Below, piece after piece: positions 11,083 through 19,771 of a stretch of DNA of 64,000 nucleotides. The stretch comes from Abditibacterium sp. Its GTDB lineage: Bacteria > Armatimonadota > Abditibacteriia > Abditibacteriales > Abditibacteriaceae. Both the position numbers and the translations under genes were made by a program. Where the stretch lies: assembly GCA_965199495.1 (NCBI GenBank), contig CBDASK010000003.1, positions 4,384,001-4,448,000 of the forward strand, in the 5' to 3' direction. The notes under the pieces were generated by a model. The model saw only the letters and a list, made by a program, of their open reading frames with translations. It did no database searches and was not told where the DNA came from. Numbering within the stretch: position 1 is the first letter of the stretch; each line of letters opens with the position of its first letter.

Positions 11083-11271
11083 GCCCTTTCGCAAAACATA
11101 CGCAGTCCTCAGCGAATCTGCCAGCCCATTTTGCGTTGAGAATTTGAGACGCAGCAACTTAATTTTCGAGAGCAACCCTCCTCCGCAGAAATGGGTTCAA
11201 ATCTCGTCGCTGCTTCTATGATTAACCCCGATTGAGAGCATTCTTTCAGGTAATAACGTTGTGCTTTTTGA

Positions 11272-12357
11272 TCAAGCACAATTCGCTTTCTGAGAGTCTA
11301 CAGTCGAAGCGATTTTTAGTTCGGCGGCTAAAGTCTGGACTAACTGGCTGGCGGGCAGAGAACGGGCAAGCGGGGCGCCCTGCCCTGCCCAGTGAGCGCC
11401 ATAGCCAAACTCGCCTTGGGCTGTGGCGGCGGCGTGGAGCGCCTTGCCCGCCTCATAAGCGCGGGGGTAATCGGGGCGGCGCAGGGTCGCGAGGTTTTCG
11501 CCCAACGCGGTGAAGCGGTTAGCAAGGCAACGGGCGGGTCTGCCCGATATCGCCGTTGTCATAATCGTGCGGGCCTCGCGGTTCAACACAGCCGCGCGAT
11601 AAGTGGAAGACGCGCTGCTTTCGGGGCACGCGATAAAAGCGGTTCCCAGTTGAGCAGCCACGGCGCCCAGCGACAGAACGGCGGCAATGCCGGCTCCATC
11701 CATAATTCCGCCCGCCGCAACAATGGGCAAATCCACTTCTCGAACCAACAAACGCGTCAGCGCCAAAGTCGTCAAACAATCGTCGGGCGCGCCCGAATCA
11801 AAAACGCCGCGATGCCCGCCCGCCTCGAAACCCTGCGCGATTACCGCATCCATGCCCGCAGACTTTGCCGCCAAAGCCTCTTTTAAATTGGTCGCGGACG
11901 CGAGCAACAACGCGCCCGTGGCTTTGAGCGCGGCAATACGGTCTTGGCGCGGCAAACCAAAATGAAAGCTGATGACGCGCGGCGCGGTTTCGACCAGAGT
12001 CGCCAACATCTCGTCGTCTTCGTTAAAGCTCCGGTAGATGGTTCGCAGCGATGGCGGCGGCGCGCTTCCAAAAGCCTCGAAAGCGGGCGCCAGACCCGCA
12101 AGCCAATCGGCTTCTCGAATCGCATCGGGCGCGGGCGCGGCATGAACAAAAACATTGACATTAAAGGCCCAATTTGTGCGCGCGCGAACGTCCGCGATCA
12201 TGGTTCGAGCGCGCGCCGCGTCCACTGCGCCCACGCCAATCGAACCCAGCGCGCCCGCATTGCAAACCGCCGCCGCCAGTTCGGGCGTCGAAACGCCCGC
12301 CATCGGAGCCTGAATAATCGGCAACGCGATACCAAGACGGTTTAAAAGGTTTGGCAT
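11272..12357 (-). CDS. Nitronate monooxygenase family flavoprotein (2-nitropropane dioxygenase-like)
   Basis: Motifs PIIQAPMAG, QGFEAGGHRG, PIVAAGGIMDG and AAQLGTAF. Confidence 0.92.
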   Translation of the reverse strand: MPNLLNRLGIALPIIQAPMAGVSTPELAAAVCNAGALGSIGVGAVDAARARTMIADVRARTNWAFNVNVFVHAAPAPDAIREADWLAGLAPAFEAFGSAPPPSLRTIYRSFNEDDEMLATLVETAPRVISFHFGLPRQDRIAALKATGALLLASATNLKEALAAKSAGMDAVIAQGFEAGGHRGVFDSGAPDDCLTTLALTRLLVREVDLPIVAAGGIMDGAGIAAVLSLGAVAAQLGTAFIACPESSASSTYRAAVLNREARTIMTTAISGRPARCLANRFTALGENLATLRRPDYPRAYEAGKALHAAATAQGEFGYGAHWAGQGAPLARSLPASQLVQTLAAELKIASTVDSQKANCA

Positions 12358-12394
12358 TTTGGAAAGTTTGCGAGCTGAGTAAAAATAATAATGT

Positions 12395-12532
12395 TCGACC
12401 GGGTTATTGCGTCCCGTAGAGACACCGACTTATCGTGTCTAAAACGTTGCGGTAACCGCGAACTCCGCAAGTTCATCCAACGTTTTAGACACGATAAATC
12501 GGTGTCTCTACGGGACGCAACAACCCGGTCGA
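12395..12532. repeat. GTAG-type REP doublet (REPIN-like) inside an extended inverted repeat
   Basis: GTAGAGACACCGACTTATCGTGTCTAAAACGTTG ... CAACGTTTTAGACACGATAAATCGGTGTCTCTAC (12416-12511), with 21-bp inverted flanks (1 mismatch). Confidence 0.9.
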
Positions 12533-12584
12533 GTCTCGCGTTCGGCGAACAGGTGAACGCAATGCTTTGCTCGATTTGTCTTGA

Positions 12585-14660
12585 TTAAGGCGTCGCTTCC
12601 AACTTCCATTCGCACCAATCGCTCACGGTTTTGCCGCCCTTGGTGCCGATGGCTTGCACGCGGTTTGAGCCGGGCTGTAACGGCACGTTTTCCCAGCGAA
12701 ACACCCGGACTTTATCCGGTTTGGCGACGCCAAACGAAGTCCCGTTGACTTTGAGCTCGACGGTTTCGCAATTGGAAAACACCTCGACGGGCGTAGACGC
12801 GACTTTGCGCGGCGTATTGCGCCGCGCCGCGATGTAGGTCATCGGTGCGGGATTCCAGTTCGCCTTGTAGAAAAAATACGAGTCCTTTTTCACGGTGCGG
12901 TCGTGCGAGACCAAGCCTTTGTCGTTCAAGCCGGGCGTGCTGCCTTCGTTGCGATTATCCGCCGCGAAATCGAACATCGCCCACACGAAGGTGCCCCACA
13001 AATTCGGGTTATCCATCATCTGTTCCCAGTCGCGCTGGTGAATGTAGGTCTGATACTCTTCGGGGTGAAAGGCGCCGTTCGATTGAATTCTCAATTTATC
13101 AACCGCCTCTTCGGTGTGCTGCCGGTAGTTGGCGCCCGCGCCGTATTCGCTCATGGCGATGCGCTGGCCCGCCAGTTTGGTGGTGCGTTCGATGACCGCC
13201 GTCATGTCGCTGGCTTTTCCGCCATACCAACCGGGATAGGTGTTGTAACCGATCCAATCGGGGACGCGCACCGAAGTGCCCTTTTCGCCGCCGCCATAGA
13301 CGGCGCTCACCACGGGCCGCGAGGGATCGAGTTCATGGACAATCGCCTTTTGGCGCTGCAATTGTGGCGTGCCCTCGTCCGACCATTGTTTGTTCAATTC
13401 GTTGGACAAGCCCCAAAACGCCATGCTGGGATGGTTGCCGTGCTGCAAAATCATCTCGCGCAACTGCATTTCGGCGTTGGCGGCGAACTCCGGCGTGGAA
13501 CGCATCTCGTTGACCTGCGGAATTTCCTGCCACAACAACATTCCGCCCCGGTCGCAAAGGTCTTGAAAATAGTCGCTTTGCGGGTAGTGCGCCAGTCGAA
13601 TCGCCGTCGTGCCCATGTCGGCGATGATGCGATAATCCTCCTCGTGGTCGGCGTGGCTGATGGCCCAGCCTTTATTCAGCTTTTCCTGATGCCGGTTGAC
13701 GCCGTGAATCGGATAAGGCGCGCCATTGAGCAAAAATCCGCGCTCCTGCGTGATGGCGACGGTGCGAATGCCCAGCGGCTGCACCACTTCATCGAGCAGC
13801 GTTTTTCCCCGCCAAATTCGCACGGTCGCCGAATACAAATACGGGTCTTTGCGCCCATTCCACAAATGCGGATTTTTCACGCGCAGGTTCTGAACCAGCG
13901 TTTGTGTCTCCGAAGCGGGCAACGTCACGCGCTCCGAGTTTTTCTCGACGACTTTGCCGCGCCCGTCTTTAATCTGCGTTTCCACTCGCACGGGCGACGG
14001 AGATTTAAGTCCATTGGAAAGCAGAGTTTTCGCCACAACTCTGGCTTCTCTGGCTGTAATCGCAGGCGTCGAAAGCGACACGCCGGGCGAGGCATAATTG
14101 AGCGGTGACACGCAAACGGCATCGGTGGCAAAAAGCGCGACGGGCCGGTAAATGCCGCCGAACACGGTGAAATCGCCCGCCAATGGCGCCACATCTTCGA
14201 CGCGCGCGTTGTCCACTTTCACGCGCAATTCGTCTTTGCCATCGAAGCGCAACTTCGAGGTCAGTTCAAAGCAAAACGCCCCGAACGCGCCCCGATGTTG
14301 CCCCAGCATTTGTCCATTGACATAGACATCCGAAACCAGCGAGGCGCCTTCAAAGCGCAAAAAGACGCGTTTATTTTTCCAGGCGGCGGGCACATCGAGC
14401 GCGCGCCAATACCACGCCGGGCCGCGATAATAACCTTCGGAAGTTTGCGCGGTGGCGGCTTTGCCGTTCTGCCCGTCAATGGCGTTCCAGGTGTGCGGCA
14501 CTTGAACGTTGGCCCAGGCACCCGTGTCGGCGCCGATTGCGGCATCCTGCTTCAAGAACTTCCAATTCGCCGCGAGTTCGCGCGACGGCCTTTGCGCCAA
14601 CGCGGGAACGGCCATTTGCAGCAGAACGCTCAGGGCCAACGCCCATCGAAAATTTTTCAT
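12585..14660 (-). CDS. GH2 beta-galactosidase/beta-glucuronidase-like, secreted
   Basis: Start moved to MKNFRWAL (signal peptide). Motifs VPHTWN, GDFTVFGGIYRPV, AIRLAHYPQ, WGLSNE and MSEYGAG. Confidence 0.9.
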   Translation of the reverse strand: MKNFRWALALSVLLQMAVPALAQRPSRELAANWKFLKQDAAIGADTGAWANVQVPHTWNAIDGQNGKAATAQTSEGYYRGPAWYWRALDVPAAWKNKRVFLRFEGASLVSDVYVNGQMLGQHRGAFGAFCFELTSKLRFDGKDELRVKVDNARVEDVAPLAGDFTVFGGIYRPVALFATDAVCVSPLNYASPGVSLSTPAITAREARVVAKTLLSNGLKSPSPVRVETQIKDGRGKVVEKNSERVTLPASETQTLVQNLRVKNPHLWNGRKDPYLYSATVRIWRGKTLLDEVVQPLGIRTVAITQERGFLLNGAPYPIHGVNRHQEKLNKGWAISHADHEEDYRIIADMGTTAIRLAHYPQSDYFQDLCDRGGMLLWQEIPQVNEMRSTPEFAANAEMQLREMILQHGNHPSMAFWGLSNELNKQWSDEGTPQLQRQKAIVHELDPSRPVVSAVYGGGEKGTSVRVPDWIGYNTYPGWYGGKASDMTAVIERTTKLAGQRIAMSEYGAGANYRQHTEEAVDKLRIQSNGAFHPEEYQTYIHQRDWEQMMDNPNLWGTFVWAMFDFAADNRNEGSTPGLNDKGLVSHDRTVKKDSYFFYKANWNPAPMTYIAARRNTPRKVASTPVEVFSNCETVELKVNGTSFGVAKPDKVRVFRWENVPLQPGSNRVQAIGTKGGKTVSDWCEWKLEATP

Positions 14661-14824
14661 GTGAAAGTAGATTTTTGCCAGATGCGTGAGCATTTGGGAG
14701 TCGAATGGCTTAAATAGGCCGCGCCGTGGCTGCTGTGCGCCCACCAAGGGAACGACCGCCCCAAATTTAGCGCGCTGAGGCAACAGAACTTTCGGGGCAA
14801 AACGGATTGTGATTCAAGGCGCTG

Positions 14825-16375
14825 TCAGGGCAGCGAGGCTGTTTCGGGCGCAATCGGCTGTCCGTCCAAAATCACATTTCTCACGTCTTGTTCCGCGCTT
14901 ACCAAAGGGCGAGCATCCGGTTTTCGTGGCGTGATAACGATATTGGAAAGGAAAACATTGGCGGCATGGCGCACCCAGAATCCGTAGGCTGGCGTGTCGC
15001 CAAACATGGTCGCTTCCGGGTAGCCGCCATCCTGTTCTTTCTTGGAACCTTGCACTTCGCCGCCGCCCTCGGTCGCAAGCGAGATGTTGCGAATCACCAC
15101 ATCCTCGATAATCGCGCCCGCAATGCCGACGATGCTGGAGCCGTAAGGCCCGCTCGATTCGCCAGAGATGCCATCGAAGGCGATGCGCCGGATGGCGCCG
15201 ATTTTTTTCTCCTGGCCCGGCATCATGCGGCCCCGGCTGGCCAATCGCAGAAAAATGGGGCTGCGCGTGCGCACGATGCGGATGTTCTCGCAGCGAATGT
15301 TTTCCAAAACTCCGCCGTCCACCGATTCCCACGAAACGCCCGAAATCGCCGTCCGGCGCGTTTTAGCGGGCATATCGTCGGATGGGCCGCCGACTTCGAC
15401 GTTGCGAATCAACACGTTGCGAAACCCGCCCTGCGAATCGGTGCCGAACTTGATGGCGTTGCAGGTGCTGTAAAAGCGGCAGTTCTCCACCAGCACGTTC
15501 TCCATCGTGCGCCCGCTCGCGCCCTTGAAACATAAACCGTCGTCCTCCGAGTTGACGAAACAGTTGCGCACGATGACGTTGCGGCAACCGTCGATGTCGA
15601 AACCGTCGTTGTTGTAATTGGCCTGATTTTGAACGTAGAGATTTTGCAGAATCACGTCTTCGCAGGCCAGATAATTTTGCAGCCACGACGCCGCGTCGAG
15701 CAGCCGAACGCCGTCCATAACGACCTTTTTGCATTCGACAAAGCGAATCAAAAACGGGCGACCCGGCAGCGTGCCATTGCTTTGCCCGCCCGGAAAGTTC
15801 GCTGGCACGCCGCGCCCGTTGATCTCTCCCTGACCGCGAATGCCGACGCGCTCGCAATTCTCCGCGTAGATCAGCGACATCTTGAGCTGATAATGCGAGT
15901 CCATGATCGTCGGGCGCGCGGGCACATGGTCGGGATAATCCGCCAAATTTGTGCTGGCGACCAAACGCGCGCCGCGATCGATTTGCAGCATCACGCCCGA
16001 TTTCAATTCGATGGTGCCCGAAACGTAATCGCCTTTGGAAAACGTAACTGTGCCACCGCCCGCCGCCGCACACGCGTCAATCGCTCTTTGTATGGCCGTC
16101 GTATTGACGGTCTGCCCATCGGCGAGCGCGCCGTAACTTTCAACGGCAAACGAGCGCGCCGGAACTTGCCACGGCTTGAGGTTGGCCGTTAAGTTGGCCG
16201 CCATCTGGTTGAGCGCGGCGCGTTGCGACATTTCCCAAAGCGGCGCCTTGGTTTGCGCCCGCGACGGAGCGGCGCTCGCCATGCACGCGAGAACCAAAGC
16301 CGCCAACATCCAGCGAAACTTGTTCTGAAATCCCAATTTTTGAACTGGATTCCTCTTACGAATATTGAATATCAT
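14825..16375 (-). CDS. GH28-like (parallel beta-helix) glycoside hydrolase, secreted
   Basis: Motifs YGALADGQTVNTTAIQRAIDAC, NNDGFDID, SEDDGLCFK and IKFGTDS. Start is uncertain (16375 or 16408). Confidence 0.85.
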   Translation of the reverse strand: MIFNIRKRNPVQKLGFQNKFRWMLAALVLACMASAAPSRAQTKAPLWEMSQRAALNQMAANLTANLKPWQVPARSFAVESYGALADGQTVNTTAIQRAIDACAAAGGGTVTFSKGDYVSGTIELKSGVMLQIDRGARLVASTNLADYPDHVPARPTIMDSHYQLKMSLIYAENCERVGIRGQGEINGRGVPANFPGGQSNGTLPGRPFLIRFVECKKVVMDGVRLLDAASWLQNYLACEDVILQNLYVQNQANYNNDGFDIDGCRNVIVRNCFVNSEDDGLCFKGASGRTMENVLVENCRFYSTCNAIKFGTDSQGGFRNVLIRNVEVGGPSDDMPAKTRRTAISGVSWESVDGGVLENIRCENIRIVRTRSPIFLRLASRGRMMPGQEKKIGAIRRIAFDGISGESSGPYGSSIVGIAGAIIEDVVIRNISLATEGGGEVQGSKKEQDGGYPEATMFGDTPAYGFWVRHAANVFLSNIVITPRKPDARPLVSAEQDVRNVILDGQPIAPETASLP

Positions 16376-16475
16376 CTTTATAAAGTTTTCAAAAGCCAAC
16401 CAACGCATCCAGTTGCGCAGTCGAGCGCGGAGAAATGTTGGTGGAAATCGGAGGGTTTGACCGCATCGTTATCTC

Positions 16476-16730
16476 AGTCGCGTCGCCGAGCGTTTTCCAA
16501 TTTTGCAGCACCCAGACAACTTTCTTATCCGGCGTAATTTCGACGAGTTGCGGGCCTTTGCCGTTGTTGCCGCGCGAAGTAAAAATCGTGTTGCTGTTGG
16601 CCAGCCGCGTGCAAGTCTGCGACGACGAAGCGAGCTTGTATTCTGTGGGCAAATTGTCGGTATTGAACTCCCACACCGTCTCGCTTTTGGAGTTGACCTC
16701 GCGCGCCAGATGCTCGGATTCGTCGGTAAT
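16476..16730 (-). pseudogene. Internal/3' fragment of a beta-propeller gene paralogous to 34381..35487
   Basis: ITDESEHLAREVNSKSETVWEFNTDNLPTEYKLASSSQTCTRLANSNTIFTSRG..WKTLG aligns by eye to 35174-35430. It has no start and no native C-terminus. Confidence 0.88.
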
Positions 16731-16802
16731 ATCCAGTAACGATCACCTGTCGGGGCGACGTGGCTGCTCTTCGAGTCGCACCGGCGAAACGGTGAGCGAA
16801 CA

Positions 16803-18386
16803 TCAAAATTTGCCCCCAAACAGAGCTTTTTGCTGTCTGTCTTGGCTGCCGTCCACCATGCGAACCGTCAAATCCGAGGAATTTTTGACCGCGAAAACCG
16901 GAACGCCCGCCACACGGTCGGACTTGATGCGGAAAAACTCGGCGCCCTCCACGTCATCGAGCGCGAACGGGGGGCGCGCATCGCTGGTCAGGGTGTGCAA
17001 CTGCACGTTATCAATGGAAATGTTCTTGACGTGGCGCAAATACATTCCGTAAGACGGCATCGTGCCCATGTTGTCCGGTTCGGGATAGCCCGTTTCCTGC
17101 TCTTGCGGCACAAGCGCGGCTTGTTCTTTGGTGCCGCCGCCCTTCGACCAGATTTGGATATTGCTGAGCGTAACGTCTTCGATGGCGTGACCGGGAATGC
17201 CGGTGATTAGCACGCCCGATTGCGCGGTCGAGTTATAAACCACGATGTTGCTGATATTGATGCGGCGCAGTTGGCCGATGGGCCGCCCGGCTCCAGTCAG
17301 CCACGGGCCACGCATCCGAGCCGCCAGACGCAGAAAGATCGGCGCGTTGCTGATGTCGCGCATGGTGATGTTGCTGATGGAAATGTCTTCCAAATTCCCG
17401 CCGTCCACCGTTTCGAGCGCCAAACCGCGACATTTTTCAAAGACGCAGTTGGAAATCGTGATGTTTTTGAAGCCGCCGTTCGATTCGGTGCCCAACTTGA
17501 TGCGCCCCGTCGGCGACTTGCGAAACGCTTTATCCGGGTTATAGCGGCGCGTGCCGTCGAGCAGCGCGCCCTCGTCGTAGCCGCTCACGAAACAGTTGGT
17601 GATAGTCACGTTTTCCGTGGCAATCTCTTCGCCCAGCGCGTAGGAACTTTTCAGGCAAAGCCCGTCATCGCCGGGCGAGTTGATGCTGCAATTGGAAAGG
17701 CGCACGTTGCGACAGCAGTCAATGTCCATGCCGTCGCGGTTGGTATCTATCTTCAAATTGTCGAGCGTAAAATTATCCACGCCCGTCGCTAAAATCCCGA
17801 ACCAGCCGCCCTGCCGAATCGTGAAATCGCGCAAGGTGACGTTGCGACACAATTTCAGCGCGATTGCCTTGTTGCCTTCGCCCTCGACAAATTTTCCGCC
17901 TGCGACCAGACCCTGGCCGTAGATTTCGCCCGGCCCATCAATCGTCACGTTTTCCAAACCGATGCCCCAAATGAGACTGTTCTGCCAATGGCTGTGGCCG
18001 AAGTCGGTAAATTGGGTTATCTCGTTGGGTTCTGCGGCGTCGTATTGCCGAGTCGCGGTGTTCTTCACCCCCAGCAGCACCGCGCCTTGATCGAGGTGCA
18101 AGCGAATGTTGCTTTGGAGGCGAACCGAAAGCGACAGATACGTGCCCGCAGGCAATCGCACCGTGCCGCCGCCTGCCGCCGTGGCTGCCTCAATGGCGCG
18201 GTTGATGGCCGGGCTGTCTATCGTTTGGCCGTCGCCACGCGCGCCGAAATCGCGCACGTTAAATTCGCCGTTGTGAACGGGTGCGGCGCCCAGAGCAGCC
18301 ACGGGCACGGGAGCCTGGGCTATGGCGAGAGGGACGTTGCCCAATCCCAAACCTAAAATTATGGGCGCAAGGAGAAATTTATTCAT
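16803..18386 (-). CDS. GH28 family protein, paralog A
   Basis: Signal peptide; motifs DFGHSHWQNS, TNRDGMDID, GDDGLCLKS and RIKLGTES. Confidence 0.9.
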   Translation of the reverse strand: MNKFLLAPIILGLGLGNVPLAIAQAPVPVAALGAAPVHNGEFNVRDFGARGDGQTIDSPAINRAIEAATAAGGGTVRLPAGTYLSLSVRLQSNIRLHLDQGAVLLGVKNTATRQYDAAEPNEITQFTDFGHSHWQNSLIWGIGLENVTIDGPGEIYGQGLVAGGKFVEGEGNKAIALKLCRNVTLRDFTIRQGGWFGILATGVDNFTLDNLKIDTNRDGMDIDCCRNVRLSNCSINSPGDDGLCLKSSYALGEEIATENVTITNCFVSGYDEGALLDGTRRYNPDKAFRKSPTGRIKLGTESNGGFKNITISNCVFEKCRGLALETVDGGNLEDISISNITMRDISNAPIFLRLAARMRGPWLTGAGRPIGQLRRINISNIVVYNSTAQSGVLITGIPGHAIEDVTLSNIQIWSKGGGTKEQAALVPQEQETGYPEPDNMGTMPSYGMYLRHVKNISIDNVQLHTLTSDARPPFALDDVEGAEFFRIKSDRVAGVPVFAVKNSSDLTVRMVDGSQDRQQKALFGGKF

Positions 18387-18557
18387 GTGATAGAAACTTG
18401 CCAGAGATAATTCAAACGTTCATGCGCCCTCGATTCGTCTGCGACGACATCTTGAACAACGGCGCGGGCAAACGCGTGCCGCGAACCCAAGTTCGCGCGG
18501 CAAATTCGACTCTACGAAATTTGCCCGTCTTCCAAAATGCAACGGGCTGGAATTTGT

Positions 18558-18596
18558 AAAAGAAAGCCTCAAAGCGGGCGACGCCGCTTTGAGGCT
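18558..18596 (-). terminator. Intrinsic terminator after the DUF1559 gene
   Basis: On the minus strand, AGCCTCAAAGCGG..CCGCTTTGAGGCT followed by TTCTTTT. Confidence 0.8.
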
Positions 18597-18624
18597 AAAC
18601 CAATCGAAAAACCGCTACGAAGCA

Positions 18625-19410
18625 TTAATCGTGGACGTGGAAAGTTGGCGCGCCGCCGGAAGTGGCGAAGGGAGTATTCGCATGATAGATGGCTCCTCTG
18701 GGGGCACTGGCGTTGGTTCTGGCCCATTTGACGTGCCCATCGGCGAACAAGAAATTGGTGCCATCCAAATGCCGGTTCACAATGGCACTGGAGTAGACCA
18801 ACCCCGTATTACCGCCGCCCGGCGAACCGATGCTCGTGGGATCACCGTGCGAGCTGTTGCCGTTGGTGCGGTAGGCCGCCGAGCCGTTTTTGGCTTCGCC
18901 GTCCCCGTTCATAATGGTGAGCGTGGGGTACTGAACCGAGGAAAGGCTCACCGAAGTATTGCAGTTTGAAGCAGAACCACCAGCGGGCGGGTCGCTGCTC
19001 AAGTAGGCGTTATACCAGTAATCGGTATAAGAACTCGTATTTCCAGCCGGAGTTCCTACTCTGGCTATTGGATCGGCGCTGGGCGAAATGGTATCGCTTG
19101 GGCACTGGTAAATCTGCGTGCTTTTCAGATAAGGCTGAATCGCATCAGCCCATCCCACGGGCACGCCGGGAGTCTGCGTTGCGGTGCCACCAACAATGGC
19201 CAGCGCATATTTCTCGTCGTAGTCCTGCACATACTGCAATTGACCCAAACCGATCTGCTTGAGGTTGGACGAACAAGACGAGCGACGCGCGTTTTCGCGG
19301 GCGCGGGCGAAGACGGGAAACAGAATCGCCGCGAGAATGGCGATGATGGCGATCACAACGAGAAGCTCGATAAGGGTGAATGCCGAATTTTTGCGGAAAT
19401 TTGAGATCAT
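18625..19410 (-). CDS. DUF1559 prepilin-type N-terminal cleavage/methylation protein with H-X9-DG motif
   Basis: [55 protein letters not shown] and [16 protein letters not shown]. Confidence 0.93.
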   Translation of the reverse strand: MISNFRKNSAFTLIELLVVIAIIAILAAILFPVFARARENARRSSCSSNLKQIGLGQLQYVQDYDEKYALAIVGGTATQTPGVPVGWADAIQPYLKSTQIYQCPSDTISPSADPIARVGTPAGNTSSYTDYWYNAYLSSDPPAGGSASNCNTSVSLSSVQYPTLTIMNGDGEAKNGSAAYRTNGNSSHGDPTSIGSPGGGNTGLVYSSAIVNRHLDGTNFLFADGHVKWARTNASAPRGAIYHANTPFATSGGAPTFHVHD

Positions 19411-19469
19411 GGGGTTTGTTCCTTATACAGAAAATTAACTGAGCAGCTTTGAATTTTCTCCATCCTGAT

Positions 19470-19485
19470 GCCCCAACGCCGGGGC
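19470..19485. promoter_or_regulatory. GC-rich palindrome; candidate operator or 5' hairpin
   Basis: (T)GCCCCAACGCCGGGGC(A), 8 nt downstream of the predicted -10 box; near-identical to 5880-5895. Confidence 0.5.
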
Positions 19486-19493
19486 ACTTTTTA

Positions 19494-19522
19494 ATTATAC
19501 CCATTTTTCCGTGTTTCCAAAC
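19494..19522 (-). promoter_or_regulatory. Putative promoter GTTTGG-N14-GGGTATAAT for the DUF1559 gene
   Basis: The minus strand reads GTTTGGAAACACGGAAAAATGGGTATAAT; spacing is identical to four plus-strand copies. Confidence 0.65.
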
Positions 19523-19540
19523 ATTTATTCGCAAATTTTA

Positions 19541-19633
19541 TCGGCCTTGAGCGTTTCGGTCGGGTTGGCGTAAGGCATCAACGTGGCGTGCCCCTGTTGC
19601 TTATTTTCGCCGATGTTAGCGGGGTCTTCGATT
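19541..19633 (-). pseudogene. 93-bp relic of the 5' part of a LacZ-type GH2 gene
   Basis: Encodes IEDPANIGENKQQGHATLMPYANPTETLKAD, versus IEDPSVIGENKQPWHATLMPYADQAEALKAD at 5649-5741; ungapped. Confidence 0.85.
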
Positions 19634-19771
19634 ATAGACGCGCTCGCGATGAAAACGGATTTAATTTCGCAATGGTAAACGCGACTAAATTTGCCCCTGC
19701 GTTGGACTATGAATTACAATTATACAAAATTATGCGTTATTCGGTGCCATTTGAACGACGCCAAAACTCAT

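Noticed and set aside
11193..11205. GGGTTCAAATCTC resembling a tRNA T-arm or att site
   Set aside because: No acceptor stem, CCA end or other tRNA arms surround it.
14655..18410. Similar leaders CATGTGA..AG..TTGCCAGA at the starts of the 14660 and 18386 genes
   Set aside because: Only two loose copies with different spacing, which is insufficient support.
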